64,000 nt of DNA. Source: Aulosira sp. ZfuVER01. GTDB taxonomy: Bacteria; Cyanobacteriota; Cyanobacteriia; Cyanobacteriales; Nostocaceae. The DNA lies in contig JAVRCV020000049.1 of the NCBI GenBank assembly GCA_034530615.2, positions 192,001 through 256,000 of the forward strand, read 5' to 3'. Made by a program: the position numbers and the translations under genes. Below the pieces are notes generated by a model. The model had not been told where the DNA came from. It did not search any database and was given only the letters and a program-made list of their open reading frames with translations. Each line of letters opens with the position of its first letter. The stretch's first letter is position 1. Shown piece by piece: positions 1 through 10,425 of the stretch.

Positions 1-3000
1 GTAAAACTACCTGTACTTGCTACTGGAGAAATACAAGCAGACGTACAGCTTGTCGGCGCACCCAATAAACCAATTCTTACAGGTACAGTTGCAACGATTA
101 AACCTGCTCGCATTGACAAAGTAGATTTTAAAACTGTTAGTAGCAAGTTTGAGTTTTCTACCAGCAATTCCCTAGTTAGCCTGAAAGATATTCAAGGTAC
201 ACCGATAGTTGGTGGAAAGGTTGCGGGTGCTGGCGTTATCAAACTGGGGAAAACCCCGCAACTGGATTTTAATTTTACTGGTGAGAATGTTCCAGGGGAT
301 GCGATCGCGCAAATTTATAACACTACACCGTCATTTCAAATCGGTGCTGTCTCTGGTACAGGTCAGTTAACTGGTACTGCTGGTAAGATTCAAACTGTAG
401 TGCAATGGCAAGCTCCCAAAGCAACTTACCCTGCAACTGGTATAGCCACCATTGCCCCAGATCGCACTGTTTTCTTCCGTGATGTGGCTTTTAATCTCAA
501 TGGTGGTAAGGTGCAGGTCTCTGGTAGTTACGCTTACCCCAATCAAAGTTGGCAAGCTATAGCCCAAGCCTCTGGTGTACAGGTAGAATCTTTTGTTGAT
601 AAAAATAAACTGCAAAATGTCTCTTTAGCTGGGGCAGAATTTAACGGTCGCCTGCTGCTTTCTGGGACAACATCACCATTTAAAATTGCCTCAATTCGCA
701 CTGAAGGTGCGGCTGTGCAAATAGGTGGGGGAACGGTTGCAGTTTCTAAGATTCAACTACAAGACCAAAACTTTGCAGCTCAATTAGTCACTAATGGTGT
801 TAGGTTGGGACGGATATTAAAGAATATTCCCCCTGCTTTGACTGGGCCATTGGCGGGTACTTTCCAAATAGCAGGCAGCAGAGATAATTTTAGCTTGAAA
901 ACTCTGCGCGGTACTGGCGAGGGTAGCTTGGCTGTGGCTGGTGGGACGGTCACGGCAAAAAATATTCAACTTGCTAATGGTGTGTACCTAGCGCAACTGC
1001 GGGCTAATAATTTGGCTGTGCAGGAATTAGCGCCAACTATTAAGCAATTTCGGGGTAATTTGAATGGTGATTTCGACGTTGCTGGGTCAGTTGATTCCTT
1101 TAAACCAGAAGCTATTGTAGCTACTGGTCAAGCACGGGTAAATGTTGCAGATGGCACAATTACAGCCTCAAATATTGAACTAGCTAATGGTCGCTATCAG
1201 GCTGTAGTTAAGGCTGCTGGTGTGAAGTTAAATCAGTTAAATCAGCAATTACGAGGTCAATTTGGCGGTCAGCTGCAAGTAGTTGGGACAGTAACATCAA
1301 CTAAATTAGCTGATGTGCGTGCTGCTGGTGAGGTACAGTTTTCTCAAGGTATTGCGGCGATTCAGCAACCCTTGAGTGCAGCGATCGCCTGGGATGGACA
1401 AAAGCTGAACATTGAACGCGCTACAGCACCTAATTTAAATGCCAGTGGTTATATATTAGCCAATGCTCAGGGAGCAGGTATACCTCAAATTACAGATTTA
1501 AATCTGAATGTGCAAGCCCAAGATTACGACTTGCAACAGTTGCCAATTAAGCTACCTAATGCCATTAACCTAGCAGGGAAAGCAGATTTTGCTGGGCAAG
1601 TAACTGGTAACTTACCTGTCCCCAATATCCAAGGGCAACTCAGGTTACGGAATTTGGCAGTGAAGAACTTTGCCTTTGAGCCAGTTTTAACTGGAAATAT
1701 CCAGTCTGTGCGAGGCAAGGGTACTAATTTAGACGTAGCCGGAAACCGCGATCGCATTTCTTTCAACCTCAATGCCAACAATCGCCCTAACTCTTTCTTA
1801 GTCAACTGGCAGCAAGCATCAGCCAGCGGTCAAGTGCAAGGTGATAACTTGGCTTTGAAATTAGATAACTTCCCCTTACAAGTACTAAATTTATCTTTGC
1901 CTGCTAACACTCGCCTTGGTAGTACTGCATTAGCCGGGGCTTTAACAGGGAATTTGCTTGTAAATCAAGATACATTAGCAGCCAGCGGCAATATTGCGAT
2001 CGCCAATCCCGCGATCGGACGTATTAAAGGCGAACAGTTAACTGCGCAATTCCGCTATGGCAATGGCACGGCGAATATTACAGATAGTGCATTTGTTAAA
2101 GGTAAAAGTCGCTACGCTTTTACAGGCTATCTCAGTACATCCACTAAAATTCCTCAAATTCAAGGTAAGCTCAACATCAACGAGGGAAATGTTCAAGATG
2201 TCCTGACAGCAATACAGGTATTTGAGTTGCAAGATCTCCGCAACGGTATGGAAGCGCCAACTTACGGTACAGCGGCCGATCTAGTAACAGTCCCCCAAGG
2301 ATTAGCCAATCAGCCATTATTAACCCAAATTGAGCGTTTTTATCAAGTAGATGCTTTATTAGCAGAACAACAACAACAGCGGCGTGATGTAAATCCAGTG
2401 CCAGAGTTAGCAGACTTGCAAGGAACTTTCAACGGCGAAGTTACTTTAGACACTGCTACAGCTAAAGGAATAGCAGCACAGTTTAACTTGAATGGCCAAA
2501 ACTGGACTTGGGGTAAAGAGGCAGAAAAGACTGAACCAGGTCGTTTTTATCGTGCCGAACAGTTGATTGCTAATGGCAGATTTGAAAACGGTGTTTTGAC
2601 GTTATTACCTTTACGAATTGAGTCTAAAGACAGGCTAATCGCTTTCAAAGGTAATATTGGCGGTAACGATCAATCCGGTAATTTACAGGTCAAAAATTTC
2701 CCAATCCAGGCACTGAGTAATTTTGTGAAACTGCCAGTTGGGGTGACAGGTAATCTCAACACTTCAGTAGCTTTAGCAGGTAGTATAGGCAATCCCAAAG
2801 CTAGAGGGGAATTACAAGTCACAGAAGGAACAATTAATCAGAAAAAAGTAGAATCAGCTATAGCCAGTTTTAGTTACGATAATGGCCGCTTAAATTTTGG
2901 CAGTAACGTCACAGTTGCTGGGCCAGAACCCGTCAACATTAACGGCAGCATACCCTATAAGTTGCCTTTTGCTTCTGTAGCTCCAGATAACGATCAAATC

Positions 3001-4395
3001 AGCCTGGATGTGAAAGTAAAAAATGAGGGACTTGCCCTGTTAAACGTGTTAACTAGCCAGGTCATGTTTGAGAAAGGTGAAGGTGAAGTAGATATCACAG
3101 TGCGTGGAACTAGACAGCAACCACAAGTTGTTGGAATTGCCAGTGTTAATGATGCCACTTTTTCAGCCCAAGCTTTGCCAGGAAAAATAAGACGTGTTAC
3201 AGGCAAAGTAAATTTTGATTTTGACCGCATATTAGTAGAGAACCTTCAGGGTAGATTTAGCCGAGGTCAAGTAGACGTGGCTGGAGAAATTCCCATTTTC
3301 AATTCTCAACAGGCAATTGTTACCAATCCTCTTACCGTTAACCTCGATCAGCTAACCTTGAGACTCAAAGGACTGTACGAAGGAGGTGCTAGCGGTAATT
3401 TACAGATTACTGGTTCTGCCCTTAACCCAGTCATTGGCGGAAAAGTAGAGTTATTTGATGGTCAAGTGTTGCTTGCAGAATCTGCCAACACTGCTAACTC
3501 TCAAGATAGCGCTCAAAGTTTTTTACCAATCGAAGCTAACAAGCAAGACAAGACTGAGACAAAAAATACAACAGCAAGATTGAATAATCTAGAACTATTA
3601 CTAGGTAAAAACGTACAAATTTCTCGACCACCAATTATCAACTTCCAAGCAACAGGTAGCCTCGCAGTTAATGGTTTTTTAAATCAGCCAGTACCAGATG
3701 GTACGATTCGGCTAGAAAAAGGAGGAGTAAATTTATTTACTACCCAATTTAATCTTGCTCGTGGTTATGAACACACAGCAACTTTTAAAAAGGAACAACC
3801 CCGCGACCCCAATTTAGATATTCTGCTATTTGCCAAAGTATTAGATGGAAATTTAACGGGTGATATTAGCAAGCTCAACACCACAGGTTTATCAAGTTTA
3901 GAAACTGTGCGAGTTGAAGCCAGAGTTAAAGGGCCTGCTAGTAAATTAAACGAAAATCTGCAACTGACAAGCAGTCCTACTCGCAGCGAAACAGAACTTG
4001 TCGCGCTTTTAGGCGGTGGGTTTGTAGATACTCAAGGACGTGGCGACAGCACTTTAGGGCTAATCAATATAGCAGGTTCAGCTGTATTCAACAATTTTCA
4101 GGGAGCCTTTAACCAAATTGGTAATGCTTTTGGCTTAAGTGAACTGCGTCTATTTCCAACTGTTATCTCTGATAATCCCGAAGCAGGAAAGAGCAATTCA
4201 ACTTTAGAATTAGCACTGGAGGCTGGGGTTGATATTTCTTCTAAGTTTTCTGTTTCCGGCATCAAAATTTTAACAGCAAATGACCCATTACAATGGGGTC
4301 TCAATTATCGAATTACCGATACAATTCGCCTCCGCGCTTCTACAAATTTATTTGATGATAGCCGTGCTGTAGTTGAGTATGATAGGCGATTTTAA
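1..4395 (+). CDS. tamB: Translocation/assembly module TamB-like protein (AsmA/DUF490 family), 5'-partial
   Basis: Frame is open from base 1 (VKLPVLATGEIQADVQL...). Long Gly-rich beta-taco repeats; C-terminal TamB-type region (GGVNLFTTQFNL...LTSSPTRSETELVALLGG...VVEYDRRF). Confidence 0.85.
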   Translation, partial: VKLPVLATGEIQADVQLVGAPNKPILTGTVATIKPARIDKVDFKTVSSKFEFSTSNSLVSLKDIQGTPIVGGKVAGAGVIKLGKTPQLDFNFTGENVPGDAIAQIYNTTPSFQIGAVSGTGQLTGTAGKIQTVVQWQAPKATYPATGIATIAPDRTVFFRDVAFNLNGGKVQVSGSYAYPNQSWQAIAQASGVQVESFVDKNKLQNVSLAGAEFNGRLLLSGTTSPFKIASIRTEGAAVQIGGGTVAVSKIQLQDQNFAAQLVTNGVRLGRILKNIPPALTGPLAGTFQIAGSRDNFSLKTLRGTGEGSLAVAGGTVTAKNIQLANGVYLAQLRANNLAVQELAPTIKQFRGNLNGDFDVAGSVDSFKPEAIVATGQARVNVADGTITASNIELANGRYQAVVKAAGVKLNQLNQQLRGQFGGQLQVVGTVTSTKLADVRAAGEVQFSQGIAAIQQPLSAAIAWDGQKLNIERATAPNLNASGYILANAQGAGIPQITDLNLNVQAQDYDLQQLPIKLPNAINLAGKADFAGQVTGNLPVPNIQGQLRLRNLAVKNFAFEPVLTGNIQSVRGKGTNLDVAGNRDRISFNLNANNRPNSFLVNWQQASASGQVQGDNLALKLDNFPLQVLNLSLPANTRLGSTALAGALTGNLLVNQDTLAASGNIAIANPAIGRIKGEQLTAQFRYGNGTANITDSAFVKGKSRYAFTGYLSTSTKIPQIQGKLNINEGNVQDVLTAIQVFELQDLRNGMEAPTYGTAADLVTVPQGLANQPLLTQIERFYQVDALLAEQQQQRRDVNPVPELADLQGTFNGEVTLDTATAKGIAAQFNLNGQNWTWGKEAEKTEPGRFYRAEQLIANGRFENGVLTLLPLRIESKDRLIAFKGNIGGNDQSGNLQVKNFPIQALSNFVKLPVGVTGNLNTSVALAGSIGNPKARGELQVTEGTINQKKVESAIASFSYDNGRLNFGSNVTVAGPEPVNINGSIPYKLPFASVAPDNDQISLDVKVKNEGLALLNVLTSQVMFEKGEGEVDITVRGTRQQPQVVGIASVNDATFSAQALPGKIRRVTGKVNFDFDRILVENLQGRFSRGQVDVAGEIPIFNSQQAIVTNPLTVNLDQLTLRLKGLYEGGASGNLQITGSALNPVIGGKVELFDGQVLLAESANTANSQDSAQSFLPIEANKQDKTETKNTTARLNNLELLLGKNVQISRPPIINFQATGSLAVNGFLNQPVPDGTIRLEKGGVNLFTTQFNLARGYEHTATFKKEQPRDPNLDILLFAKVLDGNLTGDISKLNTTGLSSLETVRVEARVKGPASKLNENLQLTSSPTRSETELVALLGGGFVDTQGRGDSTLGLINIAGSAVFNNFQGAFNQIGNAFGLSELRLFPTVISDNPEAGKSNSTLELALEAGVDISSKFSVSGIKILTANDPLQWGLNYRITDTIRLRASTNLFDDSRAVVEYDRRF

Positions 4396-4422
4396 AACTT
4401 GTCATTGGTCAAGTGTCAATAG

Positions 4423-5034
4423 TCAAGGATTATTATTTCTTCCTTGTCCTTCTTGTCCCCCTTGTCCTTCTTGTGCTTCTGCTCCCTGTTGCTCCTTTTT
4501 ACAAGTACTGCCTGTCAAGGTATAGTTGTCTACTTGAACCCAGCTATCTTGACCTACAGCCCAGAATCCAGTGAAGATGTTGTATTCAGATTCAGTACCT
4601 GTGACGAACCGCAGTGTTAAAGGTATGTATTGGCCTAATCTGCCAAACTTGATTTCTACAAATGCTTTTTGATTCGCATCTCGCACTCCAAAATAACCGT
4701 CTGTGACATTTTCGGATGACCTGACATAGGCTTTTAACTCATACTCAGTGTTAGGTTGTAGCTTGACGCGCTGGCTAATACCATTCCATCCAGAAACATT
4801 TCGCATCCAAACGTTGTTTTGAGCAGAATTGCTGTTTCCCATCCCTCTATCAATGCCAACTTTGCCTTCCGAAACCCAAGGACTGCTGACAATGGGGCTG
4901 CTTTGTTCTTCAAAGTCACCATCTAATAGTGGAGTAGGACAGGAAGCTTTTACTTTAGCAGAGCCAAGACAGTATGTAATTCCAATGGTAATAAATAATG
5001 CAACTGTGCCGATCGCGAACTGTTTGCTAGTCAT
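4423..5034 (-). CDS. Secreted carbohydrate-binding (CBM4/9-like, galactose-binding fold) protein
   Basis: Signal peptide MTSKQFAIGTVALFITIG..., then LLDGDFEE..PW, ISQRVKLQPNTEYELKAYVR and VQVDNY. ATG at 5034 preferred to the TTG at 5070. Confidence 0.65.
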   Translation of the reverse strand: MTSKQFAIGTVALFITIGITYCLGSAKVKASCPTPLLDGDFEEQSSPIVSSPWVSEGKVGIDRGMGNSNSAQNNVWMRNVSGWNGISQRVKLQPNTEYELKAYVRSSENVTDGYFGVRDANQKAFVEIKFGRLGQYIPLTLRFVTGTESEYNIFTGFWAVGQDSWVQVDNYTLTGSTCKKEQQGAEAQEGQGGQEGQGRNNNP

Positions 5035-5212
5035 TATAGATTGACCTCTTGACTCAGGGGTATTACCCAAGTCAATGAGTATATAATATGTCTACAATAT
5101 CGGCTTGAGGGAAATTACTGAAGGTTGCTTTTGAACTTCAGTTCTGGGCGGGATAATACCAAAGCGCGAGACTTTATCTTCACTATATGCAGGCCAGGCG
5201 CAACTATTGACG

Positions 5213-5244
5213 AAAAAAAGTGACCCTGAATTTTCAGAGCCACT
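5213..5244 (-). terminator. Rho-independent terminator of gnd
   Basis: Minus strand reads agtggctctgaa-aa-ttcagggtcact followed by a T-tract. Confidence 0.7.
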
Positions 5245-5300
5245 CTCGTAACATAATATTCAGCCTAAAATCCTTAAAAGTTCACAATAGACTGAGTTTA

Positions 5301-6731
5301 TTATTTCTCAGCTTCAGCAATGGGAACCCACTCAGTGTGGAAACTTCCAGGCTTATCAGTACGCAGGTAGGTATGCGCGCCGAAGTAGTCGCGTTGTGCT
5401 TGAGTCAAGTTTTGAGGTAAGCGATCGCGGCGATAGCTGTCAAAATAATCTAAGGATGCACTAAATGCGGGAACTGGAATACCTAGTTTTGCAGCAGTCA
5501 TGATGACTTCCCGCCAAGCTGCTTGTCTGTCGAGAATTGTTTGCTTAAATTCTGGGGCTAATAGCAAGTTAGGCAATGCTGGATTTTCGTTAAAAGCCTT
5601 CTTAATCTTATTCAAGAAGCCAGCGCGAATAATACAGCCACCTTTCCAAATCCGCGCCATTTCGCTCAGATTCAAGTTCCAATTATATGTTTTTGAAGCT
5701 GTAGATAGCAGCGCCATCCCTTGAGCGTAAGAACAGATTTTTGAGCAATAAAGGGCATCACGTACTTTGTTAACAAAGTCCTTGACTTGCCCATCATACT
5801 TGCCACTAGGCCCTGTCAAAATTTTGGATGCGGCTACCCGTTCGTCCTTAATAGAAGAGATAATCCGGGCATTAACTGCAGCGGTGATGGTGGGAATAGA
5901 AACTCCCAATTCCAATGCAGTCTGCACAGTCCAGCGTCCAGTTCCCTTTTGACCAGCAGCGTCAACAATCAAATCAACTAGAGGTAGATTGGTTTCTGGG
6001 TCAATGTAGGGGAAAATATTCTTCGTAATCTCAATCAAAAATGAATCGAGTTCATCGGTGGTGTTCCATTGAGCGAAGACCTCATGCAGCTGATTGTGAT
6101 CGAGTCCAGCAGCATTTTTCAGCAAATCGTAGGCTTCAGCAATTAGCTGCATATCGCCATACTCAATGCCGTTGTGTACCATTTTGACGTAGTGACCAGA
6201 ACCACCAGGGCCAATGTAAGTTACGCAAGGGCCGTCATCAACTTGGGCAGCAATTTTGTTAAAAATTGGTGACAAATACTCGTAAGAGCTTTTTGTACCA
6301 CCAGGCATTAGTGATGGGCCATTGAGTGCGCCTTCTTCGCCACCACTTACACCCATACCGATATATCGCAGCCCAGCGGGTTCTAATTCTTGGGTGCGTC
6401 GTTCTGTATCTTCAAACCAAGAGTTGCCACCGTCGATAATGATATCGCCTTCGTCTAGCAATGGTCTGAGTTGAGCAATTACCGCATCCACTGGCTTACC
6501 AGCTTGCACCATCACTAAGATTTTGCGGGGACGTTCTAGTGCAGCTACGAATTCTTCCAGGGTAAAGGCGGCTTTAACATTCCGTCCAGGCGCACGTTGC
6601 GCCATAAAGGCATCGGTTTTTTCTCGGGACCGGTTGTAAACTGCAATTGGGAAGCCATTACGCTCGACGTTTAGAGCGATATTCTCGCCCATAACGGCTA
6701 AACCAATCACACCAAAGCTTTGTAGTGTCAT
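5301..6731 (-). CDS. gnd: 6-phosphogluconate dehydrogenase, decarboxylating (NADP+)
   Basis: GVIGLAVMG Rossmann motif, SGGEEGA, YVKMVHNGIEYGDMQ, GQKGTGRWT, QAQRDYFGAHTY. Confidence 0.98.
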   Translation of the reverse strand: MTLQSFGVIGLAVMGENIALNVERNGFPIAVYNRSREKTDAFMAQRAPGRNVKAAFTLEEFVAALERPRKILVMVQAGKPVDAVIAQLRPLLDEGDIIIDGGNSWFEDTERRTQELEPAGLRYIGMGVSGGEEGALNGPSLMPGGTKSSYEYLSPIFNKIAAQVDDGPCVTYIGPGGSGHYVKMVHNGIEYGDMQLIAEAYDLLKNAAGLDHNQLHEVFAQWNTTDELDSFLIEITKNIFPYIDPETNLPLVDLIVDAAGQKGTGRWTVQTALELGVSIPTITAAVNARIISSIKDERVAASKILTGPSGKYDGQVKDFVNKVRDALYCSKICSYAQGMALLSTASKTYNWNLNLSEMARIWKGGCIIRAGFLNKIKKAFNENPALPNLLLAPEFKQTILDRQAAWREVIMTAAKLGIPVPAFSASLDYFDSYRRDRLPQNLTQAQRDYFGAHTYLRTDKPGSFHTEWVPIAEAEK

Positions 6732-6956
6732 AAACTATGTTTGGCTAACTCTTGCAGATCCTTTTATCTTTAAGGGTAGTCCGAGATTTTCGCTTCTCTC
6801 CTAAAGAAGACATTAAGAAAGAGTTAATCTAGCCCGCAGAGATCCACAGCTAACATAGATAATTAGTTTTAATTTGTATCTAAATCAACAATTAACTTGC
6901 AAAATTTGCAAAAGTGAAATATCTAGTCAAAGGACACAGTAAGGAGTTACCAAATA

Positions 6957-7736
6957 ATGCTGGCATATGTCCTAGCTTTGGCGGTGGGGCTTGGTAGTTT
7001 AGCTATTTATCTAGCAGCTTTCTTCTTCCCAGAAATCCATCGCAAGAATGATTTTATTTGGAGTGGGATCGGGCTATTTTACGCCTTGATGTTATGGGTT
7101 TTTGCACAACGCATTAATGGCGGTCTTTTGCTGGGTCATGTAGCTAGTGTTGCTCTTTTGGGTTGGTTTGGCTGGCAAACTTTCTCATTACGTCGGCAGG
7201 TTACACCAAAGGCACAACAAACACCAGTTCCCAGTTCAGATGCTGTAAAAACTTCAATTCAGCAACAAGTTACTAAGTTATCTTTACCAGAAAGGCTAGC
7301 TCAGTTGCAAAAGGGTGTTGGTAATACCTTTAGTGGAGTAAAAGATAAATTCCAAAAACCTGCGACAAAAGCACCCGCAAAATCCAAAACTAAAGCGTCG
7401 TCTCTGGTTGAAATTATCGACAACACTACTGCTACAACAGAAACCCCAGCAGGAGAAGTAGTTACCGCCACTGAAACCGAGTCTCAAACTGTCATATCAG
7501 AAAAACTAAATGATGAGGTAGTCACCACTACTGAAATAGAAGCGAAAACTGAGGCTATCCCAGAAGTCATTCCGCCAAATCCCCCATCTCCAGAATTGGT
7601 GGAAGCAGCACAAGCACATTCTGAGACTGAGAATAAAGAACCGATTCCTGTCGAGGAAATTGCGCCGGATGCGGTACTTGCTCCCCCAGCGGAAGCACCA
7701 CCAGAACAAATACCACCAAATAATCAGCCTAGTTGA
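6957..7736 (+). CDS. ycf66: Ycf66 family membrane protein with low-complexity C-tail
   Basis: N-terminal FFPEIHRKNDFIWSGIGLFYAL motif with TM helices; Thr/Glu/Pro-rich tail. Confidence 0.8.
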   Translation: MLAYVLALAVGLGSLAIYLAAFFFPEIHRKNDFIWSGIGLFYALMLWVFAQRINGGLLLGHVASVALLGWFGWQTFSLRRQVTPKAQQTPVPSSDAVKTSIQQQVTKLSLPERLAQLQKGVGNTFSGVKDKFQKPATKAPAKSKTKASSLVEIIDNTTATTETPAGEVVTATETESQTVISEKLNDEVVTTTEIEAKTEAIPEVIPPNPPSPELVEAAQAHSETENKEPIPVEEIAPDAVLAPPAEAPPEQIPPNNQPS

Positions 7737-7744
7737 ATTGAGTG

Positions 7745-7780
7745 AAACCCAGCATTAACCTAAGATGATGCTGGGTTTTA
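7745..7780. terminator. Hairpin (REP-like or terminator) after ycf66
   Basis: aaacccagcat...atgctgggttt inverted repeat. Confidence 0.5.
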
Positions 7781-8253
7781 CTTAATTTGTTTTAATGTTT
7801 TGCCAATTCCAGAATCTGTTCAAAAAGTTGATATACTTGCGCGAACAATATGCCTCATTTCTGGTAGATGCTTGAATATCTCTGGCTTATATCCTAACTC
7901 TGGTTACTTATAGAGCTTGCCTTGAAAGTTGCTAATTCGTTCTTTTCCTATTTTGACCAGTATCTCGTTCCATCTCATATTTAATCACTGTGAAGCTACC
8001 ATCTTTTTAAAAGAGTCACACCCAAATAATTTTATTTAGATATGTCTGTACAAGAGTTTCAGGTAATGCATTAGTTGAATTCGGTAGATGACTATTTAGT
8101 GACTATAAACAATATATTAATATTTTCTTGAACCGGAACCCGATTGTCATACCAAGTTGCACTCAAAAGTGGTATCTGTTATTGCAACCGGAACTTAGTG
8201 AACGGAAAAAATCTCATTAATTCCAAGTTACTACAGCAGACCACAAATTAGTA

Positions 8254-9435
8254 TTAGATCTGTGGCTGTATGCGCTCCCAAGAGAAGGGACCGAAGGTGT
8301 TCGGGCCTGAGACGTTGTTAGCTCGTGGGTTGATTGTCAGTTTTAACCACTCCAGCGGGGAGGTACTACCGTGGACGACGACGCGGTGGAAGTTAGGCAC
8401 ATTATACCCTGCCGGATGGATGTAGGCTACAGAAGTGCAGGGAGTTGATAGTTCCCATGTACAGGAGGCTGTCGGTGATAGGGGATTATCCGATCGGTAG
8501 ACGTGCGAATCACCGTTAAACATAAGTACGGGCTTGCCAAACGCGGTGCTATGTGAAGCGATGCTCTGGACGATAGGCTCGTATTCAGTCTGGTGATCGA
8601 TACCCTTCTCAGTATCCCACATATCAGCCTGAGCCACGATCGCAATAGCCTCAGCTTTGTTGGTGGCAGCAATGGCGAAGGCAGTGTCGAGCCAGCGTAG
8701 GTCAGCAGCTGTACGCTCGCTTCTTTCCTGGTTCTGTGCAGCGCTGGCAATGGGAGCACCGTACCATACGTCTTTGTCATTGTTCGACCCACCAGGCAAA
8801 TTGATGGTTACGAACAGTACTTTTGACTGCATCCACATCACATTCTCGACGAACTTAGCATCTGTTGGGTATGCAGAGTTATAATACTGAGCCTGTGATT
8901 GTACCTGCTTCTTGCGCCCACCGAGTGAGTATCCGGGGTTGGCAAAGAAAATTGACCGGATGAGTTCGAGATTGGCGATTGGATCGCCGTTCTGGTAGTC
9001 AACGGGGTTACCATTTGCGTCAAATTTGTTGCCACCTTCGCCTGACTTTTGGCAGTCTGTCCACTCGTTATCGCCGGGAGTGTAGATGAGAGGGTTCTTA
9101 AACGCAGTCCATAGGCTGAAGAGTGTGCGATCGTAAGCTTCAGTGCAATACTGCTTGCCAGAGTGGATATCGCCGACATGGATGACGAGATCGACCTTTG
9201 GGTCAGCGTTGATGGAGTTAATAAATGCTGGTGTTGCCTCCGTTTGTTGGGTATCGGTGGGTGTTGTACCGTAGGGCGAGTCTCCGTAGACAGCGAGTGT
9301 GAGGACGTTTGCTGAGTTAGGATCAATGGCAGTACCGTTACCAGCTTGGGCAACTTTATTGGTTGCCAGTATTAGCGCAAGAGTGGTTGTCAGCGCGAAA
9401 AGAATTTTGCGCTTGCCTTCCTTTCTTATTTTCAT
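8254..9435 (-). CDS. Secreted calcineurin-like metallophosphoesterase
   Basis: Signal peptide ending AQA; motifs GDSPY, HVGDI, PGDNEWTD, GDSH. Confidence 0.85.
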   Translation of the reverse strand: MKIRKEGKRKILFALTTTLALILATNKVAQAGNGTAIDPNSANVLTLAVYGDSPYGTTPTDTQQTEATPAFINSINADPKVDLVIHVGDIHSGKQYCTEAYDRTLFSLWTAFKNPLIYTPGDNEWTDCQKSGEGGNKFDANGNPVDYQNGDPIANLELIRSIFFANPGYSLGGRKKQVQSQAQYYNSAYPTDAKFVENVMWMQSKVLFVTINLPGGSNNDKDVWYGAPIASAAQNQERSERTAADLRWLDTAFAIAATNKAEAIAIVAQADMWDTEKGIDHQTEYEPIVQSIASHSTAFGKPVLMFNGDSHVYRSDNPLSPTASCTWELSTPCTSVAYIHPAGYNVPNFHRVVVHGSTSPLEWLKLTINPRANNVSGPNTFGPFSWERIQPQI

Positions 9436-9592
9436 TGGTTCAATTTCCTTAGGGCTTAGGTATCAGATACAAGTATCATCAGAACAGAAAATTGTTAGCC
9501 AAAGCACTACATAAAAAGTTTTACGCAATAGGGCTTTTAAGCTTAACCCGGTTTTCTGTTGCCATAATTTTCATACCTCATTTGATGCTATG

Positions 9593-9622
9593 AGGTTAAA
9601 ATTTAGTTAATAAATATTTAAG
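9593..9622 (-). promoter_or_regulatory. Putative Pho box (SphR/PhoB site)
   Basis: Minus strand CTTAAATA-ttt-ATTAACTA-aat-TTTAACCT: three 8-mers at 11-bp period resembling the cyanobacterial CTTAACCT consensus, upstream of a secreted phosphoesterase. Confidence 0.5.
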
Positions 9623-9744
9623 AGTCTTGGTTAAATATAATTTATTAAAGAAAAGCAGAAAGTTTCACGAAATGTAGATTTTAGCTTTTCATCGATGAGT
9701 ATTAAGAATTTGTTGGGCGATCGCCTCATACACATCCTAATACT

Positions 9745-9940
9745 CGGCAACCTTAGTACCAAAACTACAAACGAAAGTATCACCATCAACGCAGTCTTAA
9801 CCACAGCTTCGATGTTGGTAACGACAATCGCGACGTTGATAACGACAGCTTCAACTTTCTTTACAAAGCAGGAGTTTTCCTCTAGACAGCTTCTACATTC
9901 AAAATGACAGCGAATGAAGTGGTGACGACAGATGTTTGGA
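9745..9940. repeat. Degenerate 21-bp-period tandem array
   Basis: acagc/acaat-type core at 9803, 9824 and 9845, then 9886, 9907 and 9928 (period 21 with a one-base slip). Confidence 0.55.
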
Positions 9941-10005
9941 GAATCAAGCAGACGCTAACTTATAGATGTATTGCGATTGTGCTTTACAAAAAGGCATATC
10001 TCCGC

Positions 10006-10425
10006 TCAGGCTCTTTTAGGGCTAATTTCAAACGCCAATTCAGAACGGTAGAAACACACATCAAACGCTAAGAAGAAATTCATGTGACCTAAAATTAAGG
10101 GGGCATTTCTGTCTGTTGTCCAAGCAAAAGCTAGCTCTACTGGAGGAAATAGCTCAACATTTGCTGTTAAGACCAACGCCCGCGCCTCAAATCTAGCTAA
10201 ATTACCCCCTAAGGGAACGGACAGCCTTTGACGTTCCCAAACTGCTCCCAGTCTTAAACCGATTTCATAAGGTAATACGTTGACAGTAGAGCCAGTATCT
10301 AGCAAGCCTGACACACTTAAAGAACGATCCCGATAAGTTAAGATCAGCGGTAAATAAGGCAGTGTACTCAATACACCGAATTGTGGGTTTACCTCAGTAA
10401 AAACAAATCTTACCTTATCAACCAT
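10006..10425 (-). CDS. Retropepsin-like (clan AA) aspartyl protease
   Basis: LLDTGS catalytic motif and C-terminal LILG motif in a single 139-aa domain. Confidence 0.8.
   Translation of the reverse strand: MVDKVRFVFTEVNPQFGVLSTLPYLPLILTYRDRSLSVSGLLDTGSTVNVLPYEIGLRLGAVWERQRLSVPLGGNLARFEARALVLTANVELFPPVELAFAWTTDRNAPLILGHMNFFLAFDVCFYRSELAFEISPKRA

Noticed and set aside
7780..7980. Possible pseudogene remnant on the minus strand (MRWNEILVKIGKERISNFQGKLYK*PELG...)
   Set aside because: Interrupted by stops and not assignable to any family by eye.
8427..9353. Alternative-frame ORFs of 121 and 171 aa inside the phosphoesterase
   Set aside because: Shadow ORFs expected in GC-richer coding DNA; no motifs.
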